Below are positions 12,801 to 24,000 of a stretch of DNA of 64,000 nucleotides, one piece after another (position 1 is the first letter of the stretch; each line of letters begins with the position of its first letter). Location: the NCBI RefSeq assembly GCF_006345805.1, contig NW_021832376.1, forward strand, positions 42,956 through 106,955, read 5' to 3'. The translations under genes and the position numbers were made by a program. The stretch comes from Octopus sinensis (taxonomy: Eukaryota). The notes beneath the pieces were generated by a model, which saw nothing but the letters and a program-made list of their open reading frames with translations, made no database searches and was not told where the DNA came from.

Positions 12801-13423
12801 AGGAGAGCTGTGCAGTGAGTATTGACAGGATTCAAGGCACAGAGAGATGGGGGGGGGGAGAAGCAGAGAAAAAGAGAGAGAGAGATGTGAGAATTCTTAT
12901 GTAGATGTATAGTAAGCATTTAAAAAATGATTTCAATCATCCATTGGCTGCTATTTCTAGCAGGTCAGTGACGACACAACCATTAAAAGTTTTTCCTATC
13001 GAGTTGTACAGCAAGAGTTGTTCCCCTTGCCTTCAGTTCTTTCGACGAAATAAGAATTTAAGTGTTGGAGTCGATGCAATCGACTTATACGCCCCCCCCC
13101 ATGAAGTTGCTGGCTTTGTGCCAAAATTCGAAATCAATAAATTTATGTAGACTGAAGTCGGCGAGTTGGCAGATTCGTTAACACGCCGGGCAAAGTGTTT
13201 AGTGGGATTTCGTCCGTTTTTACATTCTAAGTTCATATTCCACCGAGGTCGTCTTTGATTTCCATCCTTTTGGGTTCGCTTAAAATAAGTACCAGTTGTT
13301 TACTGGTGATCAATGTGATCGACTTAACCCAGCCCCTGAAACTGCTGGCCTTCTATCAAAACTTGAAACCAATATATTAATGTAGATTGGGTGTGCGTAG
13401 ACAACACGTCCGCGCACGCATAT

Positions 13424-13490
<67 letters not shown>

Positions 13491-14049
13491 AATAAGCAAC
13501 AAGGATATCTAGAGGTAATGCAGTACGATCGTTCCTGCAATGCAAACGTTACATCAGTTTTAAAATGCAGAGCATCTTCAGCTGCATAAAAATATAGAAT
13601 TTAGTTATAATTCGAATGATTCATTTGTATAGTTTTCTTTTTATCCAAAACCACAAAGAGGATGGTTTGGGATAAAAAGAAGACTATACAAATGAATCCT
13701 TCGAATTTAACTAAATTCCCATTCATCAGACAATTGTGATGAATACTCATTACAACTGTTCGAGAAACTCTGAGTAACAGTTTTGGGGAAATTTTGCAGT
13801 TTTAATAAAAGTACATTACCCTACCTTTGGTATCTGAGTACTATTTTTTCCACCTTGTTTTGCATTTATCTGCTTACTTGTGTGTGTGTGTATGTGTGTG
13901 TGGCCGACTGTACCTTTACTCCCCAATAATTATTGATACTCTCCAAATCTCAGGTGATGCCCATAATGGAGTTCTTTTCTCACGTATCATACGGTGATAC
14001 TGCTCCACACACACACACACACACTATGTTGTTCTCAGGAAAGGCTCAC

Positions 14050-14290
14050 CTCACCACTCATAAACTCTTCCCGCCTTTTCATTGCAACTATGATGACCTT
14101 TGCTCTTTGGAGCTAGCAGGACTCTTCCTACCTCCACACACAGGCACACCCGTCCCTTTCGGCTCTCCTTCTTCAGTCACCCTTGTCGAGTCCATCGTAC
14201 CAGGCTCCATATTAATCCGGACTCCCAGTCGTTCTTTCCCGGAATGTCAGCTCTCAACAAGTTTCTCTCTGCACAAATGTGAGCGATGAT
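14050..14290 (+). mobile_element. Decayed LINE ORF2 C-terminal fragment
   Basis: HPCRVHRTRLHINPDSQSFFP resembles the C-terminal ...SFFPR motif of CR1/L2/Jockey-group LINEs. Confidence 0.5.
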
Positions 14291-14608
14291 GTTTATAGAC
14301 GTGATGAGAGCCAGATGAAGCCAGCAGTTGATGGTGGTATTTAGGCTGCCGATTCGCCCAGAGGAAGGAAATGTTTATATTGCGAATCAAGGAATAAATA
14401 TTTATTCTGTTGAAGTTAACGGAAAAATCTTAACTCTTTCTTCAATTAATATTTGATGTAAAGGATGCGAGCTGCACCCATCCAGTGCGGGAATCTCTCA
14501 TCCTGTTACATAATGGTAGCAGATGGTAGTGACAACAGATGGAGAAGATGATGGTTGTATGGACGAATGATGGTAGAGACATTAGATGATAGGGGTGTGG
14601 GTCTGTAT

Positions 14609-14976
14609 CATCATCATCGTCGTCGTCGTCATCATCATCACCATCACCACCACCACCACCACCACCACTACCATCATCATCATCACCATCACCATCATCA
14701 CCACCACCACCACCATCATCATCATCACCATCATCATCACCACCACCACCACCACCACCACCATCAACACCATCACCACCACCACCACCACCACCACTAC
14801 CATCACCACCACCACCACTACCATCACCACCACCACCACCACCACCATCATCACCATCACCATCACCACCACCACCACCACCACCACCACTACCATCACC
14901 ACCACCACCACCATCTTCATCATCATCATCATCATCATCATCATCGTCGTCGTCGTCATCATCGTCGTCGTCGTCG

Positions 14977-15027
<51 letters not shown>
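14609..15027. repeat. Compound (CAT)/(CAC)/(CGT) microsatellite
   Basis: Seen directly; abuts a decayed RTE 3' end. Confidence 0.95.
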
Positions 15028-15029
<2 letters not shown>

Positions 15030-16648
15030 CATCTGTTTTCCATGCTGTCATGTGTTGAACGATTTGACAAGAACTCGTAAGGCCAGGGACCACACCTGTC
15101 TGGGCATGGTTTCTATGGCTGGATACCCTTCCGAATGTCAACCACTCCGCAGAGTGTACTGGGTTATCAGCAGAGAAAACCGTCAATGGCCTCTGCCCCA
15201 CAGATAGCTAAGGGTCTATGAATAAGTCGGTGAATAAACAGTGCGTTCATTTATTTGAGCGTTCTCTTCCACAGATTTGTAATTCTATGTCTCTGCTAAG
15301 AATTGCTGTTTAGACTCTGGTAGATGCCAGGATGAGCGGTGCCAGAAAAAGTATTCTCACTTCAAAAGCTACTGAAATGGACTTGACTCTTAATTCTTCT
15401 GTGTGTGTGTGTGTGTGTGGCGGGTGGGGTGGTGGTGTCAGTGAGGTAAGTAAGGGTCAAGTACTGATTACAATGACTGATCCCTGTTATATGTGATTTT
15501 GTACCCAAGAGAGAAATCACCAATTACTGTCCCCCTCCCCCCCACTTTCAAAAGTAGAAAACATGTCTTCTCTCAGCCAAAGCAAGGACTAAAGACAAAA
15601 AGAGAGAGGGAGAGGGAGGTAGTTGGAGATAGGGTGAGAGAGAGAGGGATTAGAGGGGGAGAGGAGAGAGAAGGACGGGGAAATAGAGTAGGAGGAAGAG
15701 AAGGGGAGAAAGGAGATAGAGAGATAGAAATGTAGGAAGAAGGGGAGAAAGAAAGAGAGAAAGAAAGACAGGAGATTGAGAACGCTTTTACTCTTTTACT
15801 CTTTTACTTGTTTCAGTCATTTGACTGCGGCCATGCTGGAGCACCGCCTTTAGTTGAACAAATCAACCCCGGGGCTTATTCTTTGTAAGCCCAGTACTTA
15901 TTCTATCGGTCTCTTTTGCCGAACCGCTAGGTTACGGGAACATAAACACACCACCATCGGTTGTCAAGCGATGTTGGGGGAACAAACACAGACACACAAA
16001 CATACACACACATATGTATATATACGACGGGCTTCTTTCAGTTTCCGTCTACCAAATCCACTCAGAAGGCTTTGATCGGCCCGAGGCTATAGCAGAAGAC
16101 ACTTGCCCAAGATGCCGCGCAGTGGGACTGAACCCGGAACCATGTGGTTGGTTAGCAAGCTACTTACCACACAGCCACTCCTGCGCCTGTTTTTTTTTTC
16201 TTTCTTTTTCTTGCTTAGACTTAGAAGAAAGTCTATCAGGAAGAGACTGAGGCCATTAATGTTCCTTTTGAACTTTTGAAAGTTTACACTCGCAGGAAAG
16301 ACGTGGACAGACAGGGGGGGGGGTTAGAGAGGGTTGACGTTCTGGGAAAGAATGATTGAGTGGAGGGATCAATACAGTATCTGGAGTGGGTTGGACATAC
16401 CAAAGATTATGAGAAGAGGAGGAGGGCGCAACCATCTCCAAAGAGCAGAGGTTATAACAGAGGCGAAAGTTAAAAACAGGTAGGAGGAAATCGTACATTT
16501 GTGGGCCCCAAGCTGAGGCTTGTCAATTAGTGACTTAATACTAATTAGTTGTGTGGAGACTTTTTTGAAAGACTAAAGGGGACTGAAAATAATACAGAGA
16601 AATAGAGAAAGGTAGAGAGAGATAAAGAAAAAGATTAAGATGCAAATA

Positions 16649-17073
16649 GCAAGAGTGGCTGTGTGGTAAGTAGCTTGCTAACCAACCACATAGTTCCGGG
16701 TTCAGTCCCACTGCGTGGCATCTTGGGCAAGTGTCTTCTGCTATAGCCTCGGGCTGACCAATGCCTTGTGAGTGGATTTGGTAGACGGAAACTGAAAGAA
16801 GCCTGTCGTATATATGTATATATATATATGTATGTGTGTGTGTGTTTGTGCGTCTATGTTTGTCCCCCTAGCATTGCTTGACAACCGATGCTGGTGTGTT
16901 TACGTCCCCGTCACTTAGCGGTTCGGCAAAAAGAGACCGATAGAATAAGTACTGGGCTTACAAAAGAATAAGTCCCGGGATCGATTTGCTCGACTAAAGG
17001 CGGTGCTCCAGCATGGCCGCAGTCAAAATGACTGAAACAAGTAAAAGAGTAAAAGAGAGTAAAAGAGTAAAGA
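16649..17073 (+). mobile_element. tRNA-headed SINE, family B (internal (TA)(TG) microsatellite, (AAAGAGT)n tail)
   Basis: TGGCTGTGTGG A-box-like and GGGTTCAGTCC B-box-like motifs. Copies at 11445, 15786(-), 32893(-), 33390(-), 39781, 42345, 43455 and 47075(-). Confidence 0.85.
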
Positions 17074-17179
17074 GTGTAAGAGACAAAGAGAAAGAAAGTA
17101 AGAAAGAGACAAAGAAACAGTGGGAGAGATAGAGAGAGAGGGTGTGTGTGAGAGAGAGAGAGAGAGAGAGGTGTGTGTG

Positions 17180-17210
<31 letters not shown>

Positions 17211-17229
17211 GAGAGAGTAAAAGAAAAAG

Positions 17230-17346
17230 CGAGTAAAAAGTTAAAGAAACATAAAAATTAGTGGATAAAGCGGCAATTAAGTGGAATGTTGGATACGAAA
17301 GTGTGGCTGCGAAAGCCGGCTTCGTTTTTTAAAAAAATGGCAGCGA
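17230..17346 (+). promoter_or_regulatory. Probable INTS5 proximal promoter/5' UTR with a YY1-like AAAATGGCAGC motif over the start codon
   Basis: Unique, CpG-containing sequence between the (GA)n tract and the ATG. The motif resembles the YY1 consensus; the TSS is unknown. Confidence 0.4.
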
Positions 17347-17393
17347 TGACGGCGAATGCTGAGTTGGGTTCCAGCATGAATTTCACCTCTCAG
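17337..17393 (+). CDS. INTS5: INTS5 exon 1 ([19 protein letters not shown])
   Basis: ATG in AAAATGGC context; CAG|GTAAAT donor; phase 0 joins exon 2; CpG-richer surroundings. Weak sequence conservation here. Confidence 0.75.
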
Positions 17394-20300
17394 GTAAATA
17401 CCAGGACTTTCGGTTCAAGACAGTCCATACAGATGCAATATTTCTATTGATCTATACGATCGTATCCCACTTTTCCTCTTCCGTTCGTCTATAGTTCCAG
17501 TATTTGTCCGTGGCCGTCGTGTTTGTGGCGATTCTCTTCCTGTCATTGTGTTCCGTGATGTCGACGTCTCTTCTTCCTCTCTCCTCTCTCGTCTCTTTCT
17601 CTCCTCTCTCACACACACACACACACATATATCTGTGTATCTAATCACATACATGCCATCAGATATATAGATGCGTGAATGCACACACACACACACACAC
17701 GTATTGGCAGAATCGGTAGAGCGTCTGACAAAATGCCCTGCGGTCGGTAGGTATTTAAAGGTAGTTCCTTCACGTTCTGAGTTCAAATCCCGCCGAGATC
17801 AACTTTGCGGCGATCTTTCGTCTCTAGTAGACCTTTCCGTCGATTTCCGTAAAAAAATTTTTGTTTTTTACATATGGGCTTGCGGGAACTTTTGATGTAA
17901 TATACATACATATACACGGTACACATACACCGAGTAAAAAAATTCAGTTATCTCTTTCTTTCACACATTACTCTCTCTGTCTCTTCACACACACTAACAG
18001 AAGCACTTCACTTACACAACATACTGTCTGTCTCCCACACACCCATCAAACACACACACACATGTACATCAATGCTTCCCCTGGACGGTAACTTCAAAAG
18101 AACTTCCCTCGTCATACAATCGCTTTCTCTTAGTCTCTTTCGCTCTCATTACTTCAAAAGTTCCCGCAAGCCCATATGTAAAAAAAAAAAATTTTTTTTA
18201 CGGAAATCGACGGAAAGGTCTACTAGAGACGAAAGATTGCCGATTTTTAAAATACTTTCTAAATGTGAATGGAATTATATAAAGGAAAAAATTCTTGCGT
18301 GTGAACACACACACACACACACACAAGCAAAAAGTAATTCTGAGTTTATTGTATACATTGCTCAGGTACTCTACATCTCGCTGCAAAAGTCACAGTGCAT
18401 AATAAAACACAAAATGACAGAAAAGTGAACAGTAAAAGAGCCGGGAATACTGTTGGCAATTTTGGGAAGCATGGAATTTTTGAAGGATACTGTGTCCTGA
18501 CAGCTAACAACTGATGCAGGTAGTTTATTCCAGGCTTCGAAAATTCCGAGCGTGAAAAAATGTTTCCAAAAGCCACGGATATTGCACTGTTTTTTTTATA
18601 GAGGTATTGAATTCCAAAAGGTAGCCCAAAGTTGTTGGAAAGATGGTGGATAATCTTGTTGGCTTCTTCTAAGTCAGCTGTTAGATGTTGAACTTTCAAT
18701 GTATTGATGTCCAGACAAGCAATATAAAATAATAATAAATAAATAATGAAATTATTGTATACAGTGCTCAGGTGCAGCACAACTTGTCAGAAAGTGCATA
18801 TAAAGTACATGCAGTAATGTAAAAATGTCTGGAAAGCGAACAATGTATGAATCAGATACATGCCTGTGTGTGTATGGAGGGGAGAAAGATCAGGTGTGGT
18901 GTTGGCGAATCTCAGAGAGCATGGAAGTTTTGAAGGATGCAGTGCTCCAAAAACTAACAACTGATGCCGGCAGTTTATAGATATGGTGACTGATAGAGAG
19001 TATTTGTCTAGATCAGTGCTTTTCAACTAGGGTTCTGCCAGTACAGTCCAGGGGTTCCGCAAGAAGTTACAAAACTGCTAAAATCGGCAGTAATCTTTAA
19101 TTCTCCTGTGCAGATATGTGTGCATAAGACTATTGAATTATTGCACAGGGGTTCCCCGAGCCAGTGGAATGTTTCCTTGGGGTTCCGCTCCAGCAAAAAG
19201 TTTGAAAAGCATTGGTCTAGATGTACGTCTCTGGACAGTTTCCAGCAGATTGATATTCTGGACAAGGTGGGGGATTCCAGAGTGCAGATGCAGACTCTGT
19301 GGACGTACCATAGCCATAAATAGTTTTAAATAGCTGGTGAGTGGCTGACAAGAGTCTTATTCAATGTCTGGATCTACCTCAATGTCATAGCAGCCGAGTT
19401 AGGCAGGTGCAGCCCACCCCAACCTTTGGGCTGGCTGGTTCCCATTCTCCTTTGCTATCATGAGACTTTTTTGGAGCTGGATTTTCTATGGGGAGCATAC
19501 CCTTGCTTACCCCGAACCCTTAGGGATCAGTAGTCTGAAGACCAAGGGCTCTACCATGATTTTTAAGAAATGTGGAAAACTAGCACAGCAAGGCAGGGAT
19601 GCTACTTCCTGAGACCCCTTTCGGAGCTCCCCTACCTAATGGATTTTTGCTGATTTTTAGAAATGTGGTTCACCCAGTGAAGATCATTGTTGACCAGTAG
19701 ACTTCCTACAGTTTGTGTTGTGAAGGGGGTAGATAAGTTTGAGGTTTTTCCTCCCAAAATGTATAGTGGTGCACTGTGTCCAGGTTAGATTGCAGGAAAG
19801 ATCGATAGAGTATAGGTTCCATTCTGTTTTTGTTTTTTCCTCAAAGACAGCTTAATGCCTTCTTCATATTTTAACACAAAGATTCTTTGATAAGAGAAAA
19901 GATAGGAGAGGAATGCATCTGGACTGCACAACAGACTGAAGGAAAATGAAGATGATCATGTGAGGAAAGGAAAGATGGACAATGGTCATGTGTGAGCAAC
20001 GAGAGAGAGAGTAAAGGAGGAAGAAGGAGAGAGAGATAGACAGATAGAAAACAGTGAAGGGGAGAAAAAAGAATTAGAGAAAGCAAAGGGAGAGAGAGAG
20101 AGGGGGGAATAGTAAAGGAAAGAGTCACATCAAATATATTAAGATATTGTGCTCGAACACAACAAATTACTTTTACCAAAGGCTGAAACAGCTGTAAATG
20201 ATTTTAATGATTTCAATAATCTATATTAAAGTTTTTTTAATTGTATTCTTATCTTATATGTATTGAATTTTAATGTATATATGTATGTTGTTATGGTTCT

Positions 20301-20460
20301 CATTTTGTTAAATAAATAAGTTAACATTATAATATCCTAAAGCTGATAAACCAACTAAATTGTTTCTCCATTTTCTTATTTGTAATATAAATTATATATA
20401 TATATATATATGGTCCAACCCATTGCAACATGAAGCGTGGATGTTAAATGACGCCAATGG

Positions 20461-20492
<32 letters not shown>

Positions 20493-21046
20493 ATATATAT
20501 ATTATATATATATATTCATTCATTCATACTTGTACACACAGGCAATATGTGTACTGACACACACAGGCATCATGTGTACACACTGGCAACATTTATACAT
20601 CCGTACCTACACACACAGGCAAAATGTATACACATTTACACACATGCATCCTGTATACATATGTGTAAGCACAAGGTAACATCTATGTGCACCCGTACAC
20701 ATGCAGACAACACATGTCACATATTCGTACACACACTGACAACACACTCATGCACATACACACAATCAAGTTCTTAGCTCTCCCAACCTCATCAATCACC
20801 ATTCTCCTCTTTCCTTCTGCCAGGACATCCTGAATGAGGTTCGGCATTTTCTACGTGGCACTGTCTATGATGGTAAAGTGAACAAAGAAAGCCTAGCGAA
20901 ATCTGCCTTGTTTCTGCTCCGTACACTCCCGGCTGCCAGGCATGCTGTCCTCGAGCATATGTGTCACGTTTTTGATGAGGCTGTCATGTTACACATTCAG
21001 CAGCTTGAACGTTCAGCATCTGGTATTGGTCCAGAACATATAGGTC

Positions 21047-21083
<37 letters not shown>

Positions 21084-24000
21084 TATGTTTGACTTTTGCT
21101 TTATATTTGTACAGTGAGGGCGCGTGGCTTAGTGGTTAGGGCATTCGGCTCATGATCATAAGGTTGTGAGTTCGATTCCCGGCGACGCGTTGTGTCCTTG
21201 AGCAAGACACTTTATTTCACGTTGCTCCAGTCCACTCAGCTGGCAAAAATGAGTTGTACTTGTATTTCGAAGGGTCAGCCTTGTCACTCTCTGTGTCACG
21301 CTGATTATCCCCGAGAACTACGTTAAGGGTACACGTGTCTGTGGAATGCTCAGCCATTTGCACGTTAATTTCACGAGCAAGCTGTTCCGTTGATCGTATC
21401 AGCTGGGACCCTCGTCGTCGTAACCAGCGGAGTCTTTAAAATATTTGTACAAGTTGGCTCCAAGTCTCACCCAGAGACCTCAAGAGGCAACAGGTTGGAA
21501 GTTCGTATTGTTGTTATGCCTAGTGTGCCATATATTTGGTTTTGTATTTAGTGTTGTACTAGTGAATGCCTGAAAAAAAAAAAAAACAAAACAAAAAACG
21601 AAAGTTATGTTTGCTTTTAAAACTTGAGGTTACATAGAGAGTATTTTGCATAGATTATGAGCAGTTCCCATGAGCACTATCTTTTGAATTTCTGCCATTT
21701 TGGGGTTTCCCGGTATCTGAGTTAGGTAGCGATCAGCCCCTTTTGCTATCATTCCCAGGGCACCTATGACAACAGGTATTGTTTATTATTATTATTATTG
21801 TTATTGTTGTTGTTGTTGTTATTATCATTGAAGGTGGTGAACTGGCAGAATTGTTAGCATGCTGGGTGAAATGCTAAGCAGTATTTCATATACTGTTACA
21901 TTCTGAGTTCAAATTCTGCCAAGGTCAACTTTGCCTTTCTTTCTTTCAGAGTTGATAAATTTAGTACCAGTCACACACTGGGGTCGATGTAATCAACTTA
22001 ATCCCTTCCCCCCAAATTTGAGGCCTTGTGCTTCCAGTAGAAAGGATTATTATTATTATTATTATTATTATTATCATTATAATTTATAAAGATTGATGTA
22101 ACTGATGATGTCATTTTATCTGAAAAGGAACGCAGAATTCATATTTTGAATTTCTGTGTTTCCATGGTTTTATTCATTTTAATTTTGAACACCAGGGGTG
22201 CACCAGTTACATGCATCACAACTAGATGTGCACAACATGGTGACCTCATATCAAGATAAACAGCACATGATTTTGCAGGTTGGGCTCAGCTAGAATTTTC
22301 TTCAAGTTGAATAGCCCATCCTGCCCAAAAGGTCCCTGATGAAATACATCCAGTACACTCTGAAATGGTTGGTATTAGAAATTGCATCCAGCCTTGGAGA
22401 TGAATGCCAAAAATGAAATGTATGAACATCATTCGACCCATGCCAGCATGGAAAACAAATGTTAGATGATGATGATGATGATGATGATGAAACAAGATCT
22501 GGCCCTCTGACTTTTCTAGGAGTCCAGTCTATGTCAACATAGAAAACAGGTGATGACGACGACAATGGTGGTTTAACTAGGCTTACTTATTTTGATCATC
22601 ATCATCATCATCATCGTTTAACGTCCGCTTTCCATGCTAGCATGGGTTGGACGGTTCGATTGGGATCTGGGAAGCCATGGAGGCTGTACCAGGCTCCAGT
22701 CTGATCTGGCAGTGTTTCTACAGCTGGATGCCTTCCTAACGCCAACCACTCCGTGAGTGTAGTGGGTACTTTTTATGTGCCGGGCGAGGCTGGCAACGGC
22801 CACGACCGGTTGGTGCTTTTTACGTGTCACCGGTATGGTTTTACGTGCCACCTGGATCAGTTTTCAGATCAGGTTCATACTCTCTATTAACCACTTCCCA
22901 AGCATGACTTAAAACTCCTTAGCCATTTTGATGATGATGATGATGATGTACCAACCCACCTGAAACTGCCCTTTTTTTTATCTACAAATTGTTTAAAAGC
23001 GATCTAAAAACTTTCCTTCAAAATTTCATGTTAATTATTGTTCCAAATACCAGCTTAGTAATGATGAAGTTATTCTACTAAATTCCTCGTTATTTTCCAA
23101 ATTAATTGAAACAACATCAGTGCATGCTGACAGGAATAGGTTAACAAAAAGGTTAAACTGTCTGAAAAATATAACCAAAAGAAATGTTTGGTTTTTGTTT
23201 TTGCTGTTGTCAACCTTCGAATGTTGGGCCTGATGGAAGCAAAGTGGCTGAGTTCCTTTCAAGTGTTGGGCCTCATGGAGGCAAAGTGGCCAAGCTCCTT
23301 TTGAGTGTTGGGCCTCACGGAGACAAAGTGGCCAAGCTCCTTTTGAGTGTTGGGCCTCACGGAGGCAAAGTGGCCAAGCTCCTTTTGAGTGTTGGGCCTC
23401 ACGGAGGCAAAGTGGCCAAGCTCCTTTTGAGTGTTGGGCCTCACGGAGGCAAAGTGGCCAAGCTCCTTTTGAGTGTTGGGCCTCACAGAGGCAATGACCA
23501 AAACCTTTGGCATTATGTCATGCTTGAGAAGAAGACGCACCAAACCAAGTAAAATTGCAGTCGTGACAGATACCAGTGTCATGCAAATGACACCCGTGTC
23601 AGTGGTACATAAAAGTATCCATTACACTCTCAGAGTTGTTGGTGTTAGGAAGGGCATCCAGCAATAGAAAATCATACAAAAATCAGAGTGGAGCCTGGTG
23701 CAACCTTCCAGCATGCCAGCTCAATCAAACTGTCCAACCCATGCCAGCATGGACAACGGACGTTAAATGATGATGTTGTTTAATAGAACTAAGCATTGAT
23801 CTCTCACACTTTATTACAGACGACAGTGCCCGTAGTCTAGAACCAATCATACAAGATGCTTGCAGTGTCCTTTTAAACTTCATCAAGAGTAACCCAGTGG
23901 CCTGGGCCCCTATCATTTCAGCCGTAAGTGATTTTCTCTTTTTTCTCCTTTTACATTCTGATGAACACCACTTATCTTCTCTCTACAGTAAAATTCAGTT

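Noticed and set aside
14442-15080. Poly-D/G/H/T/M ORFs
   Set aside because: Translations of a compound triplet microsatellite.
23184-23582. Repetitive ORFs ([14 protein letters not shown])n and their antisense counterpart
   Set aside because: A 42-bp intronic minisatellite that happens to lack stops; no splice or start context.
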